Below, piece after piece: positions 1 to 15,000 of a DNA stretch of 64,000 nucleotides. The notes beneath the pieces are model-generated. The model had not been told where the DNA came from. It worked only from the letters and a program-made list of their open reading frames with translations, and made no database searches. Within the stretch, counting starts at the first letter, position 1. Every line of letters begins with the position of its first letter. Where the stretch lies: contig OZ024757.1 in NCBI GenBank assembly GCA_964016885.1, positions 11,098,001 through 11,162,000 on the forward strand. The letters run 5' to 3'. A program made the translations under genes and the position numbers. This DNA comes from Eledone cirrhosa. Its lineage: Eukaryota.

Positions 1-3000
1 GTCAACTGGGAAGTTATAACATATAACCCTAGCAGTGAAGCCTTTTAGTAGAGGTCAACTGGGGAATTATAACACATGTAACGCTATCAGTGAAGCCCTT
101 TAGTATAGGTCAACTGGGGAATTATAACACATATAACCCTATCAGTGAAGCCCTTTAGTATAGGTCAACTGGGGAATTATAACAGACATAACCCTATCAG
201 TGAAGTCCTTTAGTACAGGTCAACTGGGAAATTTTAACATATAACCCTATCAGTGAAGCTCTTTAATATAGGTCAACTGGGAAATTATAACGTATAACCC
301 TAGCAGTGAAGCCTTTTAGTAGAGGTCAACTGGGGAATTATAACACATATAACCCTATCAGTGAAGCCCTTTAGTATAGGTCAACTGGGAAATTATAACA
401 GTTAACCCTATCAGTGAAGCCCATTAATATAGTTCAACTGGGAAATTATAACATATATAACACTATCAGTGAAGCCCTTTAGTATAGGTCAACTGGGGAA
501 TTATAACACAAACCTATCACTGAAGCCCTTTTGTATAGGTCAACAGGGGAATTATAACACAACCCTATCAGTGAAGCCCTTTAGTATAGGTCAAATGGGA
601 AATTATAACACAACCCTATCAGTGAAGCCCTTTAGTATAGGTCAACTGGGAAATTGTAACATATATAACCCTATCATTGAAGCCCTCTAGTATAGGTCAA
701 CTGGGGAATTATAACATATAACCCTATTAGTGAAGCCCTTTAGTATAGGTCAACTGGGGAATTGTAACACAACCCTATCAGTGAATCCCTTTAGTATAGG
801 TCAACTGGGAAATTATAACATATATAACCCTATCAGTGAAGCCCCTTAATATAGGTCAACTGGGGTATTATAACATATAACCCTATCATTGAAGCCCTTT
901 AGGATAGGTCAACTTGGAAATTATAACATATAAACCTATCAGTGATCCCTTTTATATAGGTCAACTGGGGAATTATCGCATATTCAACCATGTCAGTGAA
1001 GCCATTTAGTATAGGTCAACTGGGAAATTATATCATATATAACCCTATCAGTGAAGCCCTTTAGTATAGGTCAACTGGGGAATTATAACTCAACCCTATC
1101 AATGATGCCTTTTAGTATAGGTCAACTGGGAAATTATAACATATGACCCTATCAGTGAAGCCCTTTAGTATAGGTCAACTGGGGAATTGTAACATATATA
1201 ACCCTATCGCTGAAGCCGTTTAGTATAGGTCAACTGGGGAATTATAACATATAACCCTATCAGTGAAGCCCTTTAGGATAGGTCAACCGTAGAATTATAA
1301 CATATAACCCTATCAGTGAAGCCCTTTAGTATAGGTCAACTGGGTATTGTAACACAACCCTATCAGTGAATCCCTTTAGTATAGGTCAACTGGGGAATTA
1401 TAACATATAACCCTATCAGTGAAGCCCTTTAGTATAGGTCAACTAGGTCATTATAACATATAACCATATCAGTGAAGCCCTTTAGTATAGGTCAACTGGG
1501 GAATTATAACAAAACCCTATCAGTGAAGCCCTTTAGTATAGGTCAACTGGGGAATTATAACACATATAACCCTATCAGTGAAGCCCTTTAGTATAGGTCA
1601 ACTGGGGAATTATAAAATATAACCCTATCAGTGAAGCCCTTTAGTATAGGTCAACTGGGAAAGTATAACATATAACCCTATCAGTGAAGCTCTTTAATGT
1701 AGGTTAACTGGGAAGTTATAACATATAACCCTAGCAGTGAAGCCTTTTAGTATAGGTCAACTGGGGAATTATAACATTTACAACCCTATCAGTGTAGCAC
1801 TTTAGTATAGGTCAACTGGAGAATTATAACACAACCCTTTCAGTGAAACCCTTTAGTATAGGTCAAATGGGAAATTATAACACAACCCTTTCAGTGCAGC
1901 CCTTTAGTATAGGTCAACTGGGGAATTATAACATATATAACCCTATCAGTGAAACCCTTTAGTATAGGTCAACTGGGGAATTATAACATATATAACCCTA
2001 TCAGTGAAGCCCTTTAGTATAGGTCAACTGGTAAATATTAACATATAACCCTATCAGTGAAGCTCTTTAATGTAGGTCAACTGGGAAGTTATAACATATA
2101 ACCCTAGCAGTGAAGCCTTTTAGTAGAGGTCAACTGGGGAATTATAACACATGTAATGCTATCAGTGAAGCCCTTTAGTATAGGTCAACTGGGGAATTAT
2201 AACACATATAACCCTATCAGTGAAGCCCTTTAGTATAGGTCAACTGGGAAATTATAAAAGACATAACCCTATCAGTGAAGTCCTTTAGTACAGGTCAACT
2301 GGGAAATTTTAACATATAACCCTATCAGTGAAGCTCTTTAATATAGGTCAACTGGGAAATTATAACATATAACCCTAGCAGTGAAGCCTTTTAGTAGAGG
2401 TCAACTGGGGAATTATAACACATATAACCCTATCAGTGAAGCCCTTTAGTATAGGTCAACTGGGGAATTGTAACATATATAACCCTATCGCTGAAGCCGT
2501 TTAGTATAGGTCAACTGAGGAATTATAACATATAACCCTATCAGTGAAGCCCTTTAGGATAGGTCAACCGTAGAATTATAACATATAACCCTATCAGTGA
2601 AGCCCTTTAGTATAGGTCAACTGGGTATTGTAACACAACCCTATCAGTGAATCCCTTTAGTATAGGTCAACTGGGGAATTAGAACATATAACCCTATCAG
2701 TGAGGCCCTTTAGTATAGGTCAACTAGGGCATTATAACATATAACAATATCAGTGAAGCCCTTTAGTATAGGTCAACTGGGGAATTATAACACATATAAC
2801 CCTATCAGTGAAGCCCTTTTGTATAGGTCAACTGGGGAATTATAACATATATAACCCTATCAGTGAAGCCCTTTAGTATAGGTCAACTGGGGAATTATAA
2901 AATATAACCCTATCAGTGAAGCCCTTTAGTATAGGTCAACTGGGAAATTATAACACACATAACCCTATCAGTAAAGCCCTTTAGTATAGGTCAACTGGGG

Positions 3001-6000
3001 AATTGTAACATATATAACCCTATCAGTGAAGCCCTTTAGTATAGGTCAACTGGTAAATTTTAACATATAACCCTATCGGTGAAGCTCTTTAATTTAGGTC
3101 AACTGGGAAGTTATAACATATAACCCTAGCAGTGAAGCCTTTTAGTATAGGTCAACTGGGGAATTATAACATTTACAACCCTATCAGTGTAGCACTTTAG
3201 TATAGGTCAACTGGAGAATTATAACACAACCCTTTCAGTGAAACCCTTTAGTATAGGTCAAATGGGAAATTATAACACAACCCTTTCAGTGCAGCCCTTT
3301 AGTATAGGTCAACTGGGGAATTATAACATATATAACCCTATCAGTGAAACCCTTTAGTATAGGTCAACTGGGGAATTATAACATATATAACCCTATCAGT
3401 GAAGCCCTTTAGTATAGGTCAACTGGTAAATATTAACATATAACCCTATCAGTGAAGCTCTTTAATGTAGGTCAACTGGGAAGTTATAACATATAACCCT
3501 AGCAGTGAAGCCTTTTAGTAGAGGTCAACTGGGGAATTATAACACATGTAACGCTATCAGTGAAGCCCTTTAGTATAGGTCAACTGGGGAATTATAACAC
3601 ATATAACCCTATCAGTGAAGCCCTTTAGTATAGGTCAAGTGGGAAATTATAACAGACATAACCCTATCAGTGAAGTCCTTTAGTACAGGTCATCTGGGAA
3701 ATTTTAACATATAACCCTATCAGTGAAGCTCTTTAATATAGGTCAACTGGGAAATTATAACATATAACCCTAGCAGTGAAGCCTTTTAGTAGAGGTCAAC
3801 TGGGGAATTATAACACATATAACCCTATCAGTGAAGCCCTTTAGTATAGGTCAACTGGGAAATTATAACAGTTAACCCTATCAGTGAAGCCCTTTAATAT
3901 AGTTCAACTGGGAAATTATAACATATATAACACTATCAGTGAAGCCCTTTAGTATAGGTCAACTGGGGAATTATAACACAACCCTATCACTGAAGCCCTT
4001 TTGTATAGGTCAACAGGGGAATTATAACACAACCCTATCAGTGAAGCCCTTTAGTATAGGTCAAATGGGAAATTATAACACAACCCTATCAGTGAAGCCC
4101 TTTAGTATAGGTCAACTGAGAAATTGTAACATATATAACCCTATCACTGAAGCCCTCTAGTATAGGTCAACTGGGGAATTATAACATATAACCCTATTAG
4201 TGAAGCCCTTTAGTATAGGTCAACTGGGGAATTGTAACACAACCCTATCAGTGAATCCCTTTAGTATAGGTCAACTGGGAAATTATAACACATATAACCC
4301 TATCAGTGAAGCCCTTAATATAGGTAAACAGGGGTATTATAACATATAACCCTATCATTGAAGCCCTTTAGGATAGGTCAACTTGGAAATTATAACATCA
4401 GTGATAACTATCAGTGATCCCTTTTATATAGGTCAACTGGGGAATTATCACATATTCAACCATGTCAGTGAAGCCATTTAGTATAGGTCAACTGGGAAAT
4501 TATAACATATAACCCTATCAGTGAAGCCCTTTAGTATAGGTCAACTGGGGGATTATAAGACATATAACCCTATCAGTGAAGCCCTTTAGTATAGGTCAAC
4601 TGGGGAATTATAACAAATATAAACCTATCAGTGAAGCCCTTTAGTATAGGTCAACTGGGAAATTATATCATATATAACCCTATCAGTGAAGCCCTTTAGT
4701 ATAGGTCAACTGGGGAATTATAACTCAACCCTATCAATGATGCCTTTTAGTATAGGTCAACTGGGAAATTATAACATATAACCCTATCAGTGAAGCCCTT
4801 TAGTATAGGTCAACTGGGGAATTGTAACATATATAACCCTATCGCTGAAGCCGTTTAGTATAGGTCAACTGGGGAATTATAACATATAACCCTATCAGTG
4901 AAGCGCTTTAGGATAGGTCAACTGGGTATTGTAACACAACCCTATCAGTGAATCCCTTTAGTATAGGTCAACTGGGGAATTATAACATATAACCCTATCA
5001 GTGAAGCCCTTTAGTATAGGTCAACTAGGGGATTATAACATATAACCATATCAGTGAAGCCCTTTAGTATAGGTCAACTGGGGAATTATAACACATATAA
5101 CCCTATCAGTGAAGCCCTTTAGTATAGGTCAACTGGGGAATTATAACACATATAACCCTATCAGTGAAGCCCTTTTGTATAGGTCAACTGGGGAATTATA
5201 ACATATATAACCCTATCAGTGAAGCCCTTTAGTATAGGTCAACTGGGGAATTATAAAATATAACTCTATCAGTGAAGCCCTTTAGTATAGGTCAACTGGG
5301 GAATTATAACAAAACCCTTTCAGTGAAACCCTTTAGTATAGGTCAAATGGGAAATTTTAACACAACCCTTTCAGTGCAGCCATTTAGTATAGGTCAACTG
5401 GGGAATTATAACATATATAACCCTATCAGTGAAGCCCTTTAGTATAGGTCAACTGGGGAATTATAACATATATAACCCTATCAGTGAAGCCCTTTAGTAT
5501 AAGTCAACTGGGAAATTATAACACACATAACCCTATCAGTGAAGCCCTTTAGTATAGGTCAACTGGGAAATTATAACATATAACGCTATCAGTGAAGCCC
5601 TTTAGTATAGGTCAACTGGGGAATTATAACATATATAACCCTATCAGTGAAGCCCTTTAGTATAGGTCAACTGGGGAATTATAACACAACCCTATCAGTG
5701 ATGCCCTTTAGTATAGGTAAACAGGGAAATTATAACATATAAACCTATCAGTGATCCCTTTTATATAGGTCAACTAGGGAATTATCACATATACAACCAT
5801 AACAGAGAAGCCCTTTAGAAGCCCTTTTATATAGGTCAACTGGGAAATTATAACACACATAACCCTATCAGTAAAGCCTTTAGTATAGGTCAACTGGGGA
5901 ATTGTAACATATATAACCCTATCAGTGAAGCCCTTTAGTATAGGTCAACTGGAAAATTATAACACATATAACCCTATCAGTGAAACCCTTTAGTATAGGT

Positions 6001-9000
6001 CAACAGGGGAATTATAACATATAACCCTATCAGTGAAGCCCTTTAGTATAGGTCAACTAGGGGATTATAACATATAACCATATCAGTGAAGCCCTTTAGT
6101 ATAGCTCAACTGGGGAATTATAACAAAACCCTATCAGTGAAGCCCTTTAGTATAGGTCAACTGGGGAATTATAACACATATAACCCTATTAGTGAAGCCC
6201 TTTCGTATAGGTCAACTGGGGAATTATAACATATATAACCCTATCAGTGAAGCCCTTTAGTATAGGTCAACTGGGGAATTATAAAATATAACCCTATCAG
6301 TGAAGCCCTTTAGTATAGGTCAACTGGGGAATTATTACATTTATAACCCTATCAGTGAAGCCCTTTAGTATAGGTCAACTGGGGAATAATAACAAATATA
6401 AACCTATCAGTGAAGCCATTTAGTATAGGTCAACTGGGGAATTATAACACAACCCTATCAGTGAAGCCCTTTAGTACAGGTCAACAGGGGAATTATAACA
6501 TATAACCCTATCAGTGAAGCCCTTTAATATAGTTCAAATGGGAAATTATAACATATATAACCCTATAAGTGAAGCCCTTTAGTATAGGTCAACTGGGGAA
6601 TTATAACACAACCCTATCACTGAAGCCCTTTTGTATAGGTCAACAGGGGAATTATAACACAACCCTATCAGTGAAGCCCTTTAGTATAGGTCAACTGGGA
6701 AATTATAACATATAACCCTATCAGTGAAGCCCTTTAGTATAGGTCAACTGGGGAATTGTAACATATATAACCCTATCACTGAAGCCGTTTAGTATAGGTC
6801 AACTGGGGAATTATAACATATAACCCTATTAGTGAAGCCCTTTAGTATAGGTCAACTGGGGAATTGTAACACAACCCTATCAGTGAATCCCGTTAGTATA
6901 GGTCAACTGGGGAATTATCACATATTCAACCATATCAGTGAAGCCATTTAGTATAGGTCAACTGGGAAATTATAACATATAACCCTATGAGTGAAGCCTT
7001 TTAGTATAGGTCAACTGTGGGATTATAAGACATATAACCCTATCAGTGAAGCCCTTTAGTATAGGTCAACTGGGGAATTATAACAAATATAAACCTATCA
7101 GTGAAGCCCTTTAGTATAGGTCAACTGGGAAATTATATCATATATAACCCTATCAGTGAAGCCCTTTAGTATAGGTCAACTGGGGAATTATAACTCAACC
7201 CTATCAATGATGCATTTTAGTATAGGTCAACTGGGAAATTATAACATATAACCCTATCAGTGAAGCCCTTTAGTATAGGTCAACTGGGGAATTGTAACAT
7301 ATATAACCCTATCACTGAAGTCGTTTAGTATAGGTCAACTGTAGAATTATAACATATAACCCTATCAGTGAAGCCCTTTAGTATAGGTCAACTGGGTATT
7401 GTAACACAACCCTATCAGTGAATCCCTTTAGTATAGGTCAACTGGGGAATTATAACATATAACCCTATCAGTGAAGCCCTTTAGTATAGGTCAACTGGGG
7501 AATTATAACACATATAACCCTATCAGTGAAGCCCTTTCGTATAGGTCAACTGGGGAATTATAACATATATAACCCTATCAGTGAAGCCCTTTAGTATAGG
7601 TCAACTGGGGAATTATAAAATATAACCCTATCAGTGAAGCCCTTTAGTATAGGTCAACTGGGGAATTATTACATTTATAACCCTATCAGTGTAGCCCTTT
7701 AGTATAGGTCAACTGGGGACTTATAACACAACCCTTTCAGTGAAACCCTTTAGTATAGGTCAACTGGGGAATTATAACATATATAACCCTATCAGTGAAG
7801 CCCTTTAGTATAGGTCAACTGGGGAATTATAACATATATTACCTTATCAGTGAAGCCCTTTAGTATAAGTCAACTGGGAAATTATAACACACATAACCCT
7901 ATCAGTGAAGCCCTTTAGTATAGGTCAACTGGGAAATTATAACATATAACGCTATCAGTGGAGCCCTTTAGTATAGGTCAACTGGGGAATTATAACATAT
8001 ATAAACATATCAGTGAAGCCCTTTAGTATAGGTCAACTGGGGAATTATAACATATACAACCCTATCAGTGAAGCCCTTTAATATAGGTCAACTGGGGAAT
8101 TATAACACATATAACACTATCAGTGAAGCCTTTTAGTATAGGTCAACTGGGGGATTATAAGACATATAATCCTATCAGTGAAGCCCTTTAGTATAGGTCA
8201 ACTGGGGAATTATAACATATACAACCCTATCAGTGAAGCCCTTTAGTATAGGTCAACTGTGGAATTATAACATATAACCCTATCAGTGAAACCCTTTAGT
8301 ATAGGTCAACTGGGGAATTATAACATATAACCCTATCACTGAAACCGTTTAGTATAGGTCAACTGGGAAATTATAACATATAACCCTATCAGTGAAGCCC
8401 TTTAGTATAGATCAACTAGGGGATTATAACATATAACCCTATCAATGAAGCCCTTTAGTATAGGTCAACTGGGGAATTATAACACATATAACCCTATCAG
8501 TGAAGCCCTTTAGTATAGATCAACTGGGAAATTATAACATATATAACCCTATCAGTGAAGCCCTTTAGTATAGGTCAACTGGGGAATTATAACACATATA
8601 ACCCTATCAGTGAAGCCCTTTAGTATAGGTCAACTGGGGAATTATGACATTTATAACCCTATCAGTGTAGCCCTTTAGTATAGGCCAACTGGGGAATTAT
8701 AACATATAACCCTATCAGTGAAGCCCTTTAGTATAGCTCAACTGGGGAATTATAACAAAACCCTATCAGTGAAGCCCTTTAGTATAGGTCAACTGGGGAA
8801 TTATAACACATATAACCCTATCAGTGAAGCCCTTTCGTATAGGTCAACTGGGGAATTATAACATATATAACCCTATCAGTGAAGCCCTTTAGTATAGGTC
8901 AACTGGGGAATTATAAAATATAACCCTATCAGTGAAGCCCTTTAGTATAGGTCAACTGGGTAATTATTACATTTATAACCCTATCAGTGAAGCCCTTTAG

Positions 9001-12000
9001 TATAGGTCAACTGGGGAATAATAACAAATATAAACCTATGAGTGAAGCCATTTAGTATAGGTCAACTGGGGAATTATAACACAACCCTATCAGTGAAGCC
9101 CTTTAGTACAGGTCAACAGGGGAATTATAACATATAACCCTATCAGTGAAGCCCTTTAATATAGTTCAACTGGGAAATTATAACATATATAACCCTATAA
9201 GTGAAGCCCTTTAGTATAGGTCAACTGGGGAATTATAACACAACCCTATCACTGAAGCCCTTTTGTATAGGTCAACAGGGGAATTATGACACAACCCTAT
9301 CAGTGAAGCCCTTTAGTATAGGTCAACTGGGAAATTATAACATATAACCCTATCAGTGAAGCCCTTTAGTATAGGTCAACTGGGGAATTGTAACATATAT
9401 AACCCTATCACTGAAGCCGTTTAGTATAGGTCAACTGGGGAATTATAACATATATAACCCTATCAGTGAAGCCCTTTAGTATAGGTCAACTGGGGAATTA
9501 TAACACAACCCTATCAGTGATGCCCTTTAGTATAGGTAAACAGGGAAATTATAACATATAAACCTATCAGTGATCCCTTTTATATAGGTCAACTAGGGAA
9601 TTATCACATATACAACCATAACAGAGAAGCCCTTTAGAAGCCCTTTTATATAGGTCAACTGGGAAATTATAACACACATAACCCTATCAGAAAAGCCTTT
9701 AGTATAGGTCAACTGGGGAATTGTAACATATATAACCCTATCAGTGAAGCCCTTTAGTATAGGTCAACTGGAAAATTATAACACATATAACCCTATCAGT
9801 GAAACCCTTTAGTATAGGTCAACAGGGGAATTATAACATATAACCCTATCAGTGAAGCCCTTTAGTATAGGTCAACTAGGGGATTATAACATATAACCAT
9901 ATCAGTGAAGCCCTTTAGTATAGCTCAACTGGGGAATTATAACAAAACCCTATCAGTGAAGCCCTTTAGTATAGGTCAACTGGGGAATTATAACACATAT
10001 AACCCTATCAGTGAAGCCCTTTCGTATAGGTCAACTGGGGAATTATAACATATATAACCCTATCAGTGAAGCCCTTTAGTATAGGTCAACTGGGGAATTA
10101 TAAAATATAACCCTATCAGTGAAGCCCTTTAGTATAGGTCAACTGGGGAATTATTACATTTATAACCCTATCAGTGAAGCCCTTTAGTATAGGTCAACTG
10201 GGGAATAATAACAAATATAAACCTATCAGTGAAGCCATTTAGTATAGGTCAACTGGGGAATTATAACACAACCCTATCAGTGAAGCCCTTTAGTACAGGT
10301 CAACAGGGGAATTATAACATATAACCCTATCAGTGAAGCCCTTTAATATAGTTCAACTGGGAAATTATAACATATATAACCCTATAAGTGAAGCCCTTTA
10401 GTATAGGTCAACTGGGGAATTATAACACAACCCTATCACTGAAGCCCTTTTGTATAGGTCAACAGGGGAATTATAACACAACCCTATCAGTGAAGCCCTT
10501 TAGTATAGGTCAACTGGGAAATTATAACATATAACCCTATCAGTGAAGCCCTTTAGTATAGGTCAACTGGGGAATTGTAACATATATAACCCTATCACTG
10601 AAGCCGTTTAGTATAGGTCAACTGGGGAATTATAACATATAACCCTATTAGTGAAGCCCTTTAGTATAGGTCAACTGGGGAATTGTAACACAACCCTATC
10701 AGTGAATCCCGTTAGTATAGGTCAACTGGGGAATTATCACATATTCAACCATATCAGTGAAGCCATTTAGTATAGGTCAACTGGGAAATTATAACATATA
10801 ACCCTATGAGTGAAGCCTTTTAGTATAGGTCAACTGTGGGATTATAAGACATAAAACCCTATCAGTGAAGCCCTTTAGTATAGGTCAACTGGGGAATTAT
10901 AACAAATATAAACCTATCAGTGAAGCCCTTTAGTATAGGTCAACTGGGAAATTATATCATATATAACCCTATCAGTGAAGCCCTTTAGTATAGGTCAACT
11001 GGGGAATTATAACTCAACCCTATCAATGATGCATTTTAGTATAGGTCAACTGGGAAATTATAACATATAACTCTATCAGTGAAGCCCTTTAGTATAGGTC
11101 AACTGGGGAATTGTAACATATATAACCCTATCACTGAAGTCGTTTAGTATAGGTCAACTGTAGAATTATAACATATAACCCTATCAGTGAAGCCCTTTAG
11201 TATAGGTCAACTGGGTATTGTAACACAACCCTATCAGTGAATCCCTTTAGTATAGGTCAACTGGGGAATTATAACATATAACCCTATCAGTGAAGCCCTT
11301 TAGTATAGGTCAACTGGGGAATTATAACACATATAACCCTATCAGTGAAGCCCTTTCGTATAGGTCAACTGGGGAATTATAACATATATAACCCTATCAG
11401 TGAAGCCCTTTAGTATAGGTCAACTGGGGAATTATAAAATATAACCCTATCAGTGAAGCCCTTTAGTATAGGTCAACTGGGGAATTATTACATTTATAAC
11501 CCTATCAGTGTAGCCCTTTAGTATAGGTCAACTGGGGACTTATAACACAACCCTTTCAGTGAAACCCTTTAGTATAGGTCAACTGGGGAATTATAACATA
11601 TATAACCCTATCAGTGAAGCCCTTTAGTATAGGTCAACTGGGGAATTATAACATATATTACCTTATCAGTGAAGCCCTTTAGTATAAGTCAACTGGGAAA
11701 TTATAACACACATAACCCTATCAGTGAAGCCCTTTAGTATAGGTCAACTGGGAAATTATAACATATAACGCTATCAGTGGAGCCTTTTAGTATAGGTCAA
11801 CTGGGGAATTATAACATATATCAACATATCAGTGAAGCCCTTTAGTATAGGTCAACTGGGGAATTATAACATATACAACCCTATCAGTGAAGCCCTTTAA
11901 TATAGGTCAACTGGGGAATTATAACACATATAACACTATCAGTGAAGCCTTTTAGTATAGGTCAACTGGGGGATTATAAGACATATAATCCTATCAGTGA

Positions 12001-15000
12001 AGCCCTTTAGTATAGGTCAACTGGGGAATTATTACATTTATAACCCTATCAGTGTAGCCCTTTAGTATAGGTCAACTGGGGACTTATAACACAACCCTTT
12101 CAGTGAAACCCTTTAGTATAGGTCAACTGGGGAATTATAACATATATAACCCTATCAGTGAAGCCCTTTAGTATAGGTCAACTGGGGAATTATAACATAT
12201 ATTACCTTATCAGTGAAGCCCTTTAGTATAAGTCAACTGGGAAATTATAACACACATAACCCTATCAGTGAAGCCCTTTAGTATAGGTCAACTGGGAAAT
12301 TATAACATATAACGCTATCAGTGGAGCCTTTTAGTATAGGTCAACTGGTGAATTATAACATATATCAACATATCAGTGAAGCCCTTTAGTATAGGTCAAC
12401 TGGGGAATTATAACATATACAACCCTATCAGTGAAGCCCTTTAGTATAGGTCAACTGTGGAATTATAACATATAACCCTATCAGTGAAACCCTTTAGTAT
12501 AGGTCAACTGGGGAATTATAACATATAACCCTATCACTGAAACCGTTTAGTATAGGTCAACTGGGAAATTATAACATATAACCCTATCAGTGAAGCCCTT
12601 TAGTATAGATCAACTAGGGGATTATAACATATAACCCTATCAATGAAGCCCTTTAGTATAGGTCAACTGGGGAATTATAACACATATAACCCTATCAGTG
12701 AAGCCCTTTAGTATAGATCAACTGGGAAATTATAACATATATAACCCTATCAGTGAAGCCCTTTAGTATAGGTCAACTGGGGACTTATAACATATAACCC
12801 TATCAGTGAAGCCCTTTAGTACAGGTCAACAGGGGAATTATAACATATAACCCTATCAGTGAAGCCCTTTAATATAGTTCAACTGGGAAATTATAACATA
12901 TATAACCCTATAAGTGAAGCCCTTTAGTATAGGTCAAATGGGGAATTATAACACAACCCTATCACTGAAGCCCTTTTGTATAGGTCAACAGGGGAATTAT
13001 AACACAACCCTATCAGTGAAGCCCTTTAGTATAGGTCAACTGGGAAATTATAACATATAACCCTATCAGTGAAGCCCTTTAGTATAGGTCAACTGGGGAA
13101 TTGTAACATATATAACCCTATCACTGAAGCCGTTTAGTATAGGTCAACTGGGGAATTATAACATATAACCCTATTAGTGAAGCCCTTTAGTATAGGTCAA
13201 CTGGGGAATTGTAACACAACCCTATCAGTGAATCCCGTTAGTATAGGTCAACTGGGGAATTATCACATATTCAACCATATCAGTGAAGCCATTTAGTATA
13301 GGTCAACTGGGAAATTATAACATATAACCCTATGAGTGAAGCCTTTTAGTATAGGTCAACTGTGGGATTATAAGACATAAAACCCTATCAGTGAAGCCCT
13401 TTAGTATAGGTCAACTGGGGAATTATAACAAATATAAACCTATCAGTGAAGCCCTTTAGTATAGGTCAACTGGGAAATTATATCATATATAACCCTATCA
13501 GTGAAGCCCTTTAGTATAGGTCAACTGGGGAATTATAACTCAACCCTATCAATGATGCATTTTAGTATAGGTCAACTGGGAAATTATAACATATAACTCT
13601 ATCAGTGAAGCCCTTTAGTATAGGTCAACTGGGGAATTGTAACATATATAACCCTATCACTGAAGTCGTTTAGTATAGGTCAACTGTAGAATTATAACAT
13701 ATAACCCTATCAGTGAAGCCCTTTAGTATAGGTCAACTGGGTATTGTAACACAACCCTATCAGTGAATCCCTTTAGTATAGGTCAACTGGGGAATTATAA
13801 CATATAACCCTATCAGTGAAGCCCTTTAGTATAGGTCAACTGGGGAATTATAACACATATAACCCTATCAGTGAAGCCCTTTCGTATAGGTCAACTGGGG
13901 AATTATAACATATATAACCCTATCAGTGAAGCCCTTTAGTATAGGTCAACTGGGGAATTATAAAATATAACCCTATCAGTGAAGCCCTTTAGTATAGGTC
14001 AACTGGGGAATTATTACATTTATAACCCTATCAGTGTAGCCCTTTAGTATAGGTCAACTGGGGACTTATAACACAACCCTTTCAGTGAAACCCTTTAGTA
14101 TAGGTCAACTGGGGAATTATAACATATATAACCCTATCAGTGAAGCCCTTTAGTATAGGTCAACTGGGGAATTATAACATATATTACCTTATCAGTGAAG
14201 CCCTTTAGTATAAGTCAACTGGGAAATTATAACACACATAACCCTATCAGTGAAGCCCTTTAGTATAGGTCAACTGGGAAATTATAACATATAACGCTAT
14301 CAGTGGAGCCTTTTAGTATAGGTCAACTGGGGAATTATAACATATATCAACATATCAGTGAAGCCCTTTAGTATAGGTCAACTGGGGAATTATAACATAT
14401 ACAATCCTATCAGTGAAGCCCTTTAATATAGGTCAACTGGGGAATTATAACACATATAACACTATCAGTGAAGCCTTTTAGTATAGGTCAACTGGGGGAT
14501 TATAAGACATATAATCCTATCAGTGAAGCCCTTTAGTATAGGTCAACTGGGGAATTATTACATTTATAACCCTATCAGTGTAGCCCTTTAGTATAGGTCA
14601 ACTGGGGACTTATAACACAACCCTTTCAGTGAAACCCTTTAGTATAGGTCAACTGGGGAATTATAACATATATAACCCTATCAGTGAAGCCCTTTAGTAT
14701 AGGTCAACTGGGGAATTATAACATATATTACCTTATCAGTGAAGCCCTTTAGTATAAGTCAACTGGGAAATTATAACACACATAACCCTATCAGTGAAGC
14801 CCTTTAGTATAGGTCAACTGGGAAATTATAACATATAACGCTATCAGTGGAGCCTTTTAGTATAGGTCAACTGGTGAATTATAACATATATCAACATATC
14901 AGTGAAGCCCTTTAGTATAGGTCAACTGGGGAATTATAACATATACAACCCTATCAGTGAAGCCCTTTAGTATAGGTCAACTGTGGAATTATAACATATA